The notes under the pieces: model-generated
The model's input: the letters and a program-made list of their open reading frames with translations, nothing else
Database searches by the model: none
What the model was told of the DNA's origin: nothing
Program-made: the position numbers and the translations under genes
Origin: a virus
Virus record (IMG/VR): IMGVR_UViG_3300005676_000004
Length of the DNA: 64,000 nt
Direction: 5' to 3' (one strand)
Shown: positions 56,160 to 64,000 of the stretch, in pieces
How positions within the stretch are numbered: position 1 is the stretch's first letter
How the letters are laid out: each line of letters opens with the position of its first letter

Positions 56160-57658
56160 TTCAACCTATAAGTTTTTGTATACCAGTAACTGATACCGAA
56201 ATTGAGTATCTTGAGTTGCTTTTAACTTCGTTGGAGAAATCAACGAAGGCAGATATGCATGAAGTAATTGTCTTCGTTGATTCAGTCCATCCAGACCCTA
56301 TTGTAGATATGTTGCGACAACGGAAGAACCTATTTTCGTCGTTTGTAATCATGACTCTAGGTAGTAGTATTCCCCATGCAATTGGATTGCAACAAAATAT
56401 GTCATTAATGGTGGATGACTGCAAAAATAGTATCTTCTGCCATCTACAATCAGATATGGTAGCTTCGCCTGGAATTGATGAAGTAATAACTAGATATTTG
56501 TATGAAGGAGAAGATACGTCAACACCTCATCTGAATAGAGTGGTGTCTCTTACACGGATAGAACCACCATTGCATCCACCAAGCCCCGAAAAGATAACTC
56601 ACGACTTTGGGAAAAATCCATCTGAGTTTAATAATTTGGGATGGGATTCCTTTGTGTCATTCGTTGATAATACTAAAGTTGCTAAGATAGCCAAAGAAGG
56701 GAAGAAGGAACTACTTGATCAATTTTTCTCTCCATTTGCGATGTTTAAGCAATCATACATTGACGTCGGGGGTTTCGATACTATATTCTTATGCTCACGG
56801 GAAGATTCTGACTTCATAGTTCGGCTTCATTCCCTTAACTATGAGCTAATACAGCCACTAGAGGCAATGGTGTATCATTTTACATGTGTTGCTTCGCGAG
56901 GAGTGAATTGGTTTGATAACGAGAGTGAAGACAACCCGTCTAACCCATCAAGCATATACCAGTGGGCAGATATGGCGGAGGTTCGTCGTTTTATTCGAAA
57001 ATGGGGAACATTTGCTCATAATATTGAATACACATCATTTTCACAGTTGCGTATTATACTTGATTCCGACGTAACTCCTATGGTGATTGACGCCCTCCTA
57101 GATATAGAGCCGTATTTCTACAATATTCAGATAGAAGGCCCACACTCTCAGTTCTTAGCACATTTTCTTAACGCTACATGTCAATTTAATTCGGAGTACT
57201 ATACTGCTCAAAAGAGAAAGAGAGACGTGAATTTGGGGTTCTATTATGGTTTTAGATTCAATAGTGTTTATCCTAACGTAGAACATAAACGTTTACCCCT
57301 TCTAAATTCAGAGTTGACGTTACCAGTTTCTGTATTGAAGAAGGTTATTAGTAGTAATCATATACGAGATTTTTATGAATCTGTCGGCACACTCCATTTA
57401 TTACCGAAGACGCATGAGCCTGGAGTATATGACATACAGATAGTTCCGAACTCTAAGATACCAAGTGTGCAATTGAATATTTTATCAACTGAAAATAGAA
57501 TTCCTTTTATCGTAAATCGTGATCGCGATACGGTATACGATGGAATTGGTAGTATATTCAATACTGTAATTCGAAGATATGAAAAAGATCATACACTGTC
57601 GGAATCATCAGAAGAATATGCAAATGTTATAGTTTCTTCGGCATATAACGACTGTTAG
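56156..57658 (+). CDS. GT2-like glycosyltransferase with C-terminal extension
   Basis: HLQSDM, GGFD...REDSD, YHF. Confidence 0.78.
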   Translation: MIQPISFCIPVTDTEIEYLELLLTSLEKSTKADMHEVIVFVDSVHPDPIVDMLRQRKNLFSSFVIMTLGSSIPHAIGLQQNMSLMVDDCKNSIFCHLQSDMVASPGIDEVITRYLYEGEDTSTPHLNRVVSLTRIEPPLHPPSPEKITHDFGKNPSEFNNLGWDSFVSFVDNTKVAKIAKEGKKELLDQFFSPFAMFKQSYIDVGGFDTIFLCSREDSDFIVRLHSLNYELIQPLEAMVYHFTCVASRGVNWFDNESEDNPSNPSSIYQWADMAEVRRFIRKWGTFAHNIEYTSFSQLRIILDSDVTPMVIDALLDIEPYFYNIQIEGPHSQFLAHFLNATCQFNSEYYTAQKRKRDVNLGFYYGFRFNSVYPNVEHKRLPLLNSELTLPVSVLKKVISSNHIRDFYESVGTLHLLPKTHEPGVYDIQIVPNSKIPSVQLNILSTENRIPFIVNRDRDTVYDGIGSIFNTVIRRYEKDHTLSESSEEYANVIVSSAYNDC

Positions 57659-57689
57659 ATACAGTGCTTTTAGCAAATACGCTGATATT

Positions 57690-57697
57690 TATTTATA
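57690..57697 (+). promoter_or_regulatory. TATTTATA motif, candidate late promoter
   Basis: About 35 nt upstream of 57733. Confidence 0.45.
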
Positions 57698-57732
57698 GTG
57701 TAAGATTGTATGTTAAATTTATGTAGGCAAAC

Positions 57733-57927
57733 GTGATGAATACCGACGACAATACCAAAGAATCCGAAGGTTTGGGTGACACTATTGCAAAATTGTCTGA
57801 AATATTAGGAATAGACAAACTCGCAGACGGTGTAGCAAAGACTATGGGAAAGTCTGACTGTGGATGTAACAAACGCAGGAAGAAACTCAACGAGTTGTTT
57901 CCGTACAAACCTAAGAACAAGAAATAA
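57733..57927 (+). CDS. Small conserved phage-type protein
   Basis: GLGDTIAK...DCGCNKRRKKLN. Confidence 0.7.
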   Translation: MMNTDDNTKESEGLGDTIAKLSEILGIDKLADGVAKTMGKSDCGCNKRRKKLNELFPYKPKNKK

Positions 57928-57942
57928 GTTCTAGAGACATGG

Positions 57943-58389
57943 ATGCAACCACGCAATACGTTTGAACATAGTCAAATTTCTAGTATAACAAATCCAGCGG
58001 CATCTGGTGTACTAGTATTTTGTGAACCATCTAAAGAATTTCTTTTAGTAAAGCGACATCCTAGGGCAAAGGCATACGCTAACACGTGGGCTATACCGGC
58101 GGGAGAAATTAACGTTGAGATATTAGAGTCTGTGGACAATTGTGCTCGAAGGGAATTTGAAGAAGAGACCACCGTCACGATACCAGATTCAGTACAACTA
58201 TGGTGTATTGATCGGTATCTCACTGATGACAATCGCGTGTTCTTTCTCTTCCTGTGGAAAGTCCAAAAGAAGTTTTTTGTTCGTATAAACAGTGAGCATA
58301 CCGAAGTTGGTTGGTTTTCGGGTGATAATTTACCTGAACCAATTACAGATCAAGTTAAGGATGCTATTCATCGGGTGTTGTCGCTATGA
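57943..58389 (+). CDS. NUDIX hydrolase
   Basis: WAIPAG...ESVDNCARREFEEET Nudix box; SEH...W. Confidence 0.85.
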   Translation: MQPRNTFEHSQISSITNPAASGVLVFCEPSKEFLLVKRHPRAKAYANTWAIPAGEINVEILESVDNCARREFEEETTVTIPDSVQLWCIDRYLTDDNRVFFLFLWKVQKKFFVRINSEHTEVGWFSGDNLPEPITDQVKDAIHRVLSL

Positions 58390-58739
58390 AAATACAAGAA
58401 ATTAAAGATGCTGATTATGTGATTAGTTTATTACGCGAAGCGTTATATAGACATCGCCAAATAACATACACTACGAAAGATAGTGATCGACTCCACTCAA
58501 AAGTAAGAGAACCTCTTACAGACAAAGAGAGAGAAGAGCGATACGAGAAGATGAAGACCCAGATGGATAGAAGAAATCTCAAGACTACGGGGGTTGATCC
58601 TACGTTAGACAGATATTTAGATATGGATACGCACGTGGATCGTGCATCCTATATGACAGACCCCGACGACGAGCAAGAAAATAGTGACATTGAGGCACAA
58701 TTTGCCGATGTTGAGGATATTAGCAAACTATTTATGTAA
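58386..58739 (+). CDS. Hypothetical protein
   Basis: 117-aa ORF. Confidence 0.6.
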   Translation: MKIQEIKDADYVISLLREALYRHRQITYTTKDSDRLHSKVREPLTDKEREERYEKMKTQMDRRNLKTTGVDPTLDRYLDMDTHVDRASYMTDPDDEQENSDIEAQFADVEDISKLFM

Positions 58740-58766
58740 TAAGGTAAACTTTTTACGGAGATATAC

Positions 58767-59858
58767 ATGTCGACCTCAAAGTCTAAGACGAAAACAACAC
58801 CAAACAAGAAACAAAAAGTAGTTTCTAAGATCATACGTGAGGAAGTTCAGCGAGAAGTGGCTAAACGAGCTATAACTCGGAAGCTAGATACCGAACTTCA
58901 AGAGCTTAGAGAGGTTTTCTCTGCCGCAGAAGCTCTTCGTGAAGCGAAGACGGCAAACGGTAAAAAGTTAGCAGCGAAGAAGCTACCAATTCTTGAGCGT
59001 AAGATTTCGCACATTAAGAAGAATATCATGAATCTACGCGAGATGCACCACGAGATTGAGATGTCCGATGACGTATCTTCTGTTATAGAACCGACGATGA
59101 GTCCCGATGTGAGTGGTGCGGAAGACCCGATGGACTTTGATGTGTATGAGTGTTTAATTGATACTATTGAAGCGGCTAAGACTCTTTACATGGAAATTGA
59201 GTTAGATGCTCCGATTGATTCCCTCATTCTACAGTCTATAAAGAATGCTAACGCTGAGATTAACATTGCACTTGATACTTTCTCACGTGCAGAGGCTAGT
59301 TTAGAGATTGATACTAATCAAGATGCAAGTGATAGGTATCTCTACCCAAACGGTAACGACGCCGAAGACTATGGTGATGATGATGATTTTTATGATGATG
59401 ACGACGATGACGATTGTGATGAATGTAATGAGAGTAAAAAGAGTCGGGTGAATAAAAAAGTAGTTGAAGCTGTAAATAAGCCTGTTTTTACTGAAAAGAA
59501 TGTTAAGAGTATAATGAATAAGTTATCAAGTACATTTCTTACAATTCCTCCACATCCGATGCGCCATGCTGACGCGGATGTTATGCGAGTGGAGTTAGGA
59601 AGTGAGAAGGTAGATGATAAATTAGCGTTAGATATTACAGTATCTGGCTCTATAAAAGGTAAAGTTGGTAAGACTCCAACCGAGGTAGTATTTAGATGGC
59701 TTGATGACGGAACGTTTACATTGTATCATCATGAATATCCAGGCCCTGGTAATCCTCCAAAGTTACAACCAAAAGTCGTTACGTCCTTAGAACAAGTTCG
59801 GCAAACAATTATATCGTATATGAAGACGTATTATGATAATGTTAAAAAAACTAATTGA
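58767..59858 (+). CDS. Acidic coiled-coil protein, putative head core protein; C-terminal domain paralogous to the next gene
   Basis: Poly-Asp tract; many (I/L/V)xE sites; VFRWLDDGTF..YPG repeated in 59839..60318. Confidence 0.65.
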   Translation: MSTSKSKTKTTPNKKQKVVSKIIREEVQREVAKRAITRKLDTELQELREVFSAAEALREAKTANGKKLAAKKLPILERKISHIKKNIMNLREMHHEIEMSDDVSSVIEPTMSPDVSGAEDPMDFDVYECLIDTIEAAKTLYMEIELDAPIDSLILQSIKNANAEINIALDTFSRAEASLEIDTNQDASDRYLYPNGNDAEDYGDDDDFYDDDDDDDCDECNESKKSRVNKKVVEAVNKPVFTEKNVKSIMNKLSSTFLTIPPHPMRHADADVMRVELGSEKVDDKLALDITVSGSIKGKVGKTPTEVVFRWLDDGTFTLYHHEYPGPGNPPKLQPKVVTSLEQVRQTIISYMKTYYDNVKKTN

Positions 59859-60318
59859 ATCTACTAGTCAAACAGTTTTTACTGATAAAGACATCGACAG
59901 CATCATTCGAAAAATTGATGGTACGGGTACTGTTCAACACAAAGGTGCATTGAACGGGGAATGGTCGTTCCATCTAACTGTAGATAATCGAGATAAAGAT
60001 TCTTATCAGTTTGCGGGTGGAGATGAATATGATGGCTACTCCGAAGATGGTAAATTATTCATAGACATTGCTGTTAGTGGTAATGTTGCACGAAAATCTA
60101 GGACTAAAGGTAATGAACATAGTCCATTCTCCCCTGTGATCTTTAGATGGGTTGAGGATGGAACATTCAAGTTGGTGTATGATGAATATCCAGGTTCGGG
60201 TGGTGCTCCTAAATTTCAACAGAGAAAGATTACAAATGTTGAAGAAATTATAACAGTAATAAAAGTGTATATGAAAGAATATTACAATAAAGCTGTTAAG
60301 GATTTCAAATTAATGTGA
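59839..60318 (+). CDS. Hypothetical protein with MLKKLIE N-terminus
   Basis: IFRWVEDGTF..YPG paralogous domain. Confidence 0.7.
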   Translation: MLKKLIESTSQTVFTDKDIDSIIRKIDGTGTVQHKGALNGEWSFHLTVDNRDKDSYQFAGGDEYDGYSEDGKLFIDIAVSGNVARKSRTKGNEHSPFSPVIFRWVEDGTFKLVYDEYPGSGGAPKFQQRKITNVEEIITVIKVYMKEYYNKAVKDFKLM

Positions 60319-60560
60319 ACGAGGCAAATATGACAAGTTTCAACATTCCGTTTATGTTTGATTGTGGTGCGGTGAGAGGTATGCCTTTCATTTTCTCAAT
60401 GGAAGGCCGGATTTTGGGCTTGACGGAAGACGACATTAACAACTATAGAGAAGAGAATGCACTTTCCGATGATAATATCAAGACAATAGCATACGCATTT
60501 CTCGCAAAGCAGGGGTTTGCTGACTTTTCTAGTACAATATTGACTGAGGTGGTTTCGTAA
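60315..60560 (+). CDS. Hypothetical protein
   Basis: Coupled ORF. Confidence 0.5.
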   Translation: MNEANMTSFNIPFMFDCGAVRGMPFIFSMEGRILGLTEDDINNYREENALSDDNIKTIAYAFLAKQGFADFSSTILTEVVS

Positions 60561-60844
60561 TGAATTTTGATACACGCACCGTCCTAGACATAATCTATCT
60601 AGACGGTAAATTAGCCAAGCAGCTTGAGACTCTCATCACAGAAGAACGTTATCTGTGGACGAAGACTGGAAAGAGTAGTCCGAACCAGTTTATCAAGACT
60701 ATTATACCAGTAGTCAAAGATGAGCTTCGGATAACGTTACTAGCGTCTCTTGCTAACATGAAGATGCCGTTTATATCGGGGTTTATTGATTTTGATAAAG
60801 TAGATTACTATCAATTGATACCAACAATAGCTCAGATAACGTAG
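60560..60844 (+). CDS. Hypothetical protein
   Basis: TAATG-coupled 94-aa ORF. Confidence 0.6.
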   Translation: MNFDTRTVLDIIYLDGKLAKQLETLITEERYLWTKTGKSSPNQFIKTIIPVVKDELRITLLASLANMKMPFISGFIDFDKVDYYQLIPTIAQIT

Positions 60845-60851
60845 AAAACGC

Positions 60852-60882
60852 TTTGAAATTTCAAAAAATTTTCGTATATTTA
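60852..60882 (+). promoter_or_regulatory. Bacteroidota-type promoter
   Basis: TTTG-N19-TATATT. Confidence 0.65.
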
Positions 60883-60928
60883 AGTTTGCGCTTGAATTGA
60901 GTGCACTTCTACTGAAAGGTTTCGTCGT

Positions 60929-61084
60929 ATGAAAGAAATAACTGATTTCCTGTCCTTGTTACTGTCTAGCTTTGCATTTCTTGTGCTAGTGGCAGTTGCC
61001 ATCTTTGTAGTTACCTTCTTAGTTGGCATACCAGCATACTTCGGCATCCAAGCGGCAATAGCCGTAGCAACGATGATAGTGTAG
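60929..61084 (+). CDS. 51-aa hydrophobic membrane peptide (absent from the ORF track)
   Basis: MKEITDFLSLLLSSFAFLVLVAVAIFVVTFLVGIPAYFGIQAAIAVATMIV, just after a promoter. Confidence 0.5.
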   Translation: MKEITDFLSLLLSSFAFLVLVAVAIFVVTFLVGIPAYFGIQAAIAVATMIV

Positions 61085-61164
61085 CGTTGGGAACTGCTGT
61101 GAAGAAACGTGTTCCCACCGTACCTAAGAAACGTCCCCCAAAGAAGAGAAGAAGGGAGAAGATA

Positions 61165-61356
61165 ATGCCTACTTATGATTACTTATGTAACCGCTGTGGA
61201 ATTTACTTAGAACGTATTGTACCAATTGCGGAACGTGATGAGCAGTTTTGTCAATGCACCGAGGCGTATAAGTTAGAACGCCTTGAAATATTTCCAACAT
61301 CCCCGCCTATCTTAAAGGCCACGGGGTTCTATCAGACCGATTATAAAAAATCTTAA
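61165..61356 (+). CDS. FmdB-family zinc-ribbon protein
   Basis: MPTYDYLCNRC...G.YQTDY. Confidence 0.8.
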   Translation: MPTYDYLCNRCGIYLERIVPIAERDEQFCQCTEAYKLERLEIFPTSPPILKATGFYQTDYKKS

Positions 61357-61374
61357 TTTCTAAAGGAATGTATT

Positions 61375-61734
61375 ATGCCTGAACCAAATTTCCCAGCGTT
61401 TCGTAATGGATCGGATATTGATGTACGGTTTGCCCCGAACCTCGGTGTTATTGAGTGTTCGTATACGCATCTTAAGCGCACCTTCGGACTACCGACATAT
61501 AGGTCGGATAACAACGATGTATTTGAAGGTAATGAACGCTGTGTGTGGATGATTCAATTTGAAAATGGACCTACTGTCTCTATCACCGAACATATTGAGT
61601 TTGGGATGAAAAGTGATGACGAAGAGAGTGACGCCCCTTACGTGCGAAGCACCCGTTGGCGCATTAATTCAAATCACAGAGAAACGTACCAATGGGTAAA
61701 GAGTGCGATCATCTATTCAAATCCACAGCCATAA
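61375..61734 (+). CDS. Hypothetical protein
   Basis: 119-aa ORF with AGGA RBS. Confidence 0.65.
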   Translation: MPEPNFPAFRNGSDIDVRFAPNLGVIECSYTHLKRTFGLPTYRSDNNDVFEGNERCVWMIQFENGPTVSITEHIEFGMKSDDEESDAPYVRSTRWRINSNHRETYQWVKSAIIYSNPQP

Positions 61735-61825
61735 AAATCACCAATACGTAGTTCTACGTATAGCATAAATAAACGCATTTCCGTAGATTTATACTCAAAC
61801 AACAACATTCCATGAAAGAATTGTA

Positions 61826-62620
61826 ATGATCTGTCCAATTGTTTTGCACTCCAAGTCACCACTAAATCCGCTGAATCGGAGCTGTCCGACTGTAAACTCG
61901 GAAACCATTTCATCAGTTTCCGATGAGACTATACAGTCTATCGTGAGCGATCTCCAAGATTCTTTGGAATTTGCCGATGGACTAGGTCTTGCGATCAACC
62001 AATTGTATCGCCGTGGTAATGATGAACGTCTAGTATACGGTAGTGAAGAAATTGCATCTGTCATCGTCCGCCTAGGATACAACCCACAAGATACGTCTGC
62101 TTCAACTGAGACTATCGTGATGATTTCCCCTGTTATTGTAGATCACTCTCTAGAGGTCGTTGACTCTCAAGAGGCATGTCTATCAATTCCAGGAATAAAT
62201 CACACAGTCACGCGATATGCTTGGGTAGAAGTTAAATACTTCAATGAACTCCGGCAAGAGGTTACACGGAAGATTTCATTCCCAGACTCGGTAGTAGTTC
62301 AGCATGAGATAGATCATATTCAAGGGATGACGTTGCTAGATCACATGACTCCGATGGCGAGGCAGTTAGCATCGAACAAACTTAAGAAGATTGCACGTGG
62401 TACTGTGAAAATTCCGTATGTAGCGGTAACAGTAAACGAAAGTAATAACCGTACAACTACACGTGTAGTTGGCTTTGAGTATCTAACTCAAGCCCGTAGA
62501 CTTCAATTCATGCCGTTCTTTATGGGAACCAAATCTATTGAAGAGTCGTTAGATGAAATTCAAGACTCTGTCGGTGACGAAGTTGTCGCCGATGAAACAA
62601 CTGAAAAATCAATTTTTTAA
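61826..62620 (+). CDS. def: Peptide deformylase with C-terminal extension
   Basis: GLGLAINQ, EACLSIPG, QHEIDHIQG. Confidence 0.88.
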   Translation: MICPIVLHSKSPLNPLNRSCPTVNSETISSVSDETIQSIVSDLQDSLEFADGLGLAINQLYRRGNDERLVYGSEEIASVIVRLGYNPQDTSASTETIVMISPVIVDHSLEVVDSQEACLSIPGINHTVTRYAWVEVKYFNELRQEVTRKISFPDSVVVQHEIDHIQGMTLLDHMTPMARQLASNKLKKIARGTVKIPYVAVTVNESNNRTTTRVVGFEYLTQARRLQFMPFFMGTKSIEESLDEIQDSVGDEVVADETTEKSIF

Positions 62621-62642
62621 CATTTTCCAAAGGAGTTTTACA

Positions 62643-63077
62643 TTGTTAAGACTAATAGGATTTCTAGCGGTGATATGTATGATTTCCGCCGGAACAGTAT
62701 TTGCTCAGAGTAGTGCCAAGACACTTGTTGTAGGTGGAAATGGTAAGGTATCTCTCGGCCAAGTAATATCTGGATTCAATCGTGGGCATGTTGGTATTCG
62801 TATGCCAATTTCAACGACGTCTGGAATTATGGACGAGGATAACCCACTGATTCCATTCAGTGGTAAATTCTTCCCGAATCCATGCAACGGTGTAGTTCAA
62901 TATACTGGACCTACTCTCCGATCAATTCAAGCATTCACCATCCTCGGTAATGAACTTGAATCTTCGGCTGTCAGCTTAGAATCACAAACGATTACGTTTC
63001 CTGCTCGTGGTACTTACATAATCAAAATTGTAACCGAGCTAGGATTGCGTAAATCTTTTACAATCATTTACAAGTAA
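62643..63077 (+). CDS. Small secreted protein with T9SS (Por) C-terminal sorting domain
   Basis: Signal peptide ending VFA-Q; FPNPCNG...FTILG...GTYIIKIV. Confidence 0.65.
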   Translation: MLRLIGFLAVICMISAGTVFAQSSAKTLVVGGNGKVSLGQVISGFNRGHVGIRMPISTTSGIMDEDNPLIPFSGKFFPNPCNGVVQYTGPTLRSIQAFTILGNELESSAVSLESQTITFPARGTYIIKIVTELGLRKSFTIIYK

Positions 63078-63103
63078 CAAATTTTTCACTAAAGGATAAA
63101 AAA

Positions 63104-64000
63104 ATGCGTCATCTTTTACTTGCTCTCGTAGCAATGTTTTCCGTAGCAGTTGCATCGTCACAGACTACACTGCAATACCAAGCTCATTCGCGTACACCGA
63201 GGACATCAATTATGTTCTCTGCGTACATTGCGGATAGCACATTTAACGAAGATTCACACCTTAACACTTCGGCGTTCTGGTATGTTGAGAACCAACAAAT
63301 CTTTGTTGAGAATGGGGTCGTAAACGCGACACTAGCAAACATACCAGACTCGGTGTTTAACGGGCGAGAAGGGCAACTATTTGTCTTTGGTTACGTGGAT
63401 GGACAAAGTCTAGGAAGACTCCCTATTAATACGTTACCATACTCACGATTCTCAACAAACGCAACTAACGCGTTGAACTCTCAGTTCTCAGACTCATCAA
63501 GGTCCTCAAACTTCGCAGTGTGGTCGGACTCATCTGGATTCGCCGGAAGAGCATATCAATCTGACTTTGCAGATAGTGCTAAATATTCCGACTCATCTAT
63601 GTTTGCAGATCGAGCTGATGTTGCGGGTGTAGCGTCGTTAGCAACTACAGCTCTTAAGGCTGATACCGCTATTGAAGCATTATCTGCCGATTGGTCGCAA
63701 TATTCCGATACTGCTACGTATTCTCATGAAAGTGGTTTAGCATACCTTTCAAACTCAGTTTCAAATAACGGGGTATCTGCGTATGCGATCAGTGGAGGGC
63801 AAACTGCACCAGCGGGGTCGGTTCTCACGAAGGGTGTTGGTAATACACTTGCGTGGCAGACGAATCCGCAATACTACACGGCTGACGTGATGATCTTCAC
63901 GGTAGCCCCTGGAGTTATCCCTTCAAACGTTCGTTACGTGGTATCGCGCGTAGCGTCAAATTATAGCATCGTTGCGCCTAGCAACCCCGAAACAAATCGT
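63104..64000 (+). CDS. 3'-truncated secreted or surface protein with AxxA-rich repeats (absent from the ORF track)
   Basis: MRHLLLALVAMFSVAVASSQ signal peptide; LPYSRFS then ADSAKYSDS/ADRADVA repeats; frame open to the window end. Confidence 0.7.
   Translation, partial: MRHLLLALVAMFSVAVASSQTTLQYQAHSRTPRTSIMFSAYIADSTFNEDSHLNTSAFWYVENQQIFVENGVVNATLANIPDSVFNGREGQLFVFGYVDGQSLGRLPINTLPYSRFSTNATNALNSQFSDSSRSSNFAVWSDSSGFAGRAYQSDFADSAKYSDSSMFADRADVAGVASLATTALKADTAIEALSADWSQYSDTATYSHESGLAYLSNSVSNNGVSAYAISGGQTAPAGSVLTKGVGNTLAWQTNPQYYTADVMIFTVAPGVIPSNVRYVVSRVASNYSIVAPSNPETNR

Larger units (their letters stand above)
1..64000 (+). mobile_element. Segment of a jumbo-type dsDNA phage genome, probable Bacteroidota/FCB host
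   Basis: PolB, gp45-like clamp, clamp loader and primase; 34 tRNAs; dense single-strand coding; Bacteroidota-type promoters; no ribosomal or other core cellular genes. Confidence 0.9.

Noticed and set aside
432-62887. Minus-strand and alternative-frame short ORFs in the supplied track
   Set aside because: They overlap longer + strand genes or tRNAs with recognisable motifs and show no motifs of their own, so they were treated as shadow ORFs.
1-64000. CRISPR array
   Set aside because: No series of identical 25-40-nt repeats with unique spacers. The only short repeats are coding LRR units and the two Y-RNA-like units.
1-64000. Stop-codon reassignment (alternative genetic code)
   Set aside because: Conserved genes are full length in code 11; TAG and TGA end genes cleanly (for example 1507, 30191, 30811, 11090); no CTA, TCA or TTA suppressor tRNA was found.

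Overview
The window is a 64-kb segment of a large (jumbo-type) dsDNA phage genome read in the standard genetic code, with essentially all real genes on the + strand. Evidence is a T4-like replisome (primase, family B DNA polymerase, sliding clamp, clamp-loader subunits) and no housekeeping core genes. About ten promoters match the Bacteroidota sigma consensus (TTTG-N19/20-TAnnTT[TG]), and a type IX secretion C-terminal domain is present, so the host is probably Bacteroidota/FCB (inference). Main modules: (1) 0-5.3 kb, putative virion-packaged proteins sharing an N-terminal M(I)KL(K/R)x(I/L)(L/V)xE motif, several with ADP-ribosyltransferase-like motifs and two with 21-aa LRR-like repeats. (2) 6.4-22.9 kb, 34 tRNA genes covering all 20 amino acids, preceded by a leader-peptide attenuator and containing several non-canonical tRNA-like or pseudoknotted RNAs, a Ro60 (TROVE) gene with two tandem Y-RNA-like genes, and a porin/PBP-OmpA/ABC-transporter module. 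(3) 25-28 kb, an RNA end-healing and sealing operon (phosphoesterase, Pnk, DRB0094-type ligase). (4) 28-40 kb, replication and nucleotide/SAM metabolism. (5) 40.8-57.7 kb, a glycosylation island with fucose, 3,6-dideoxy and probable branched-sugar enzymes, including a PanB homologue. (6) 57.7-64 kb, further putative head proteins, a peptide deformylase and two host-like secreted proteins. All calls come from reading motifs by eye; no database searches or folding programs were run.
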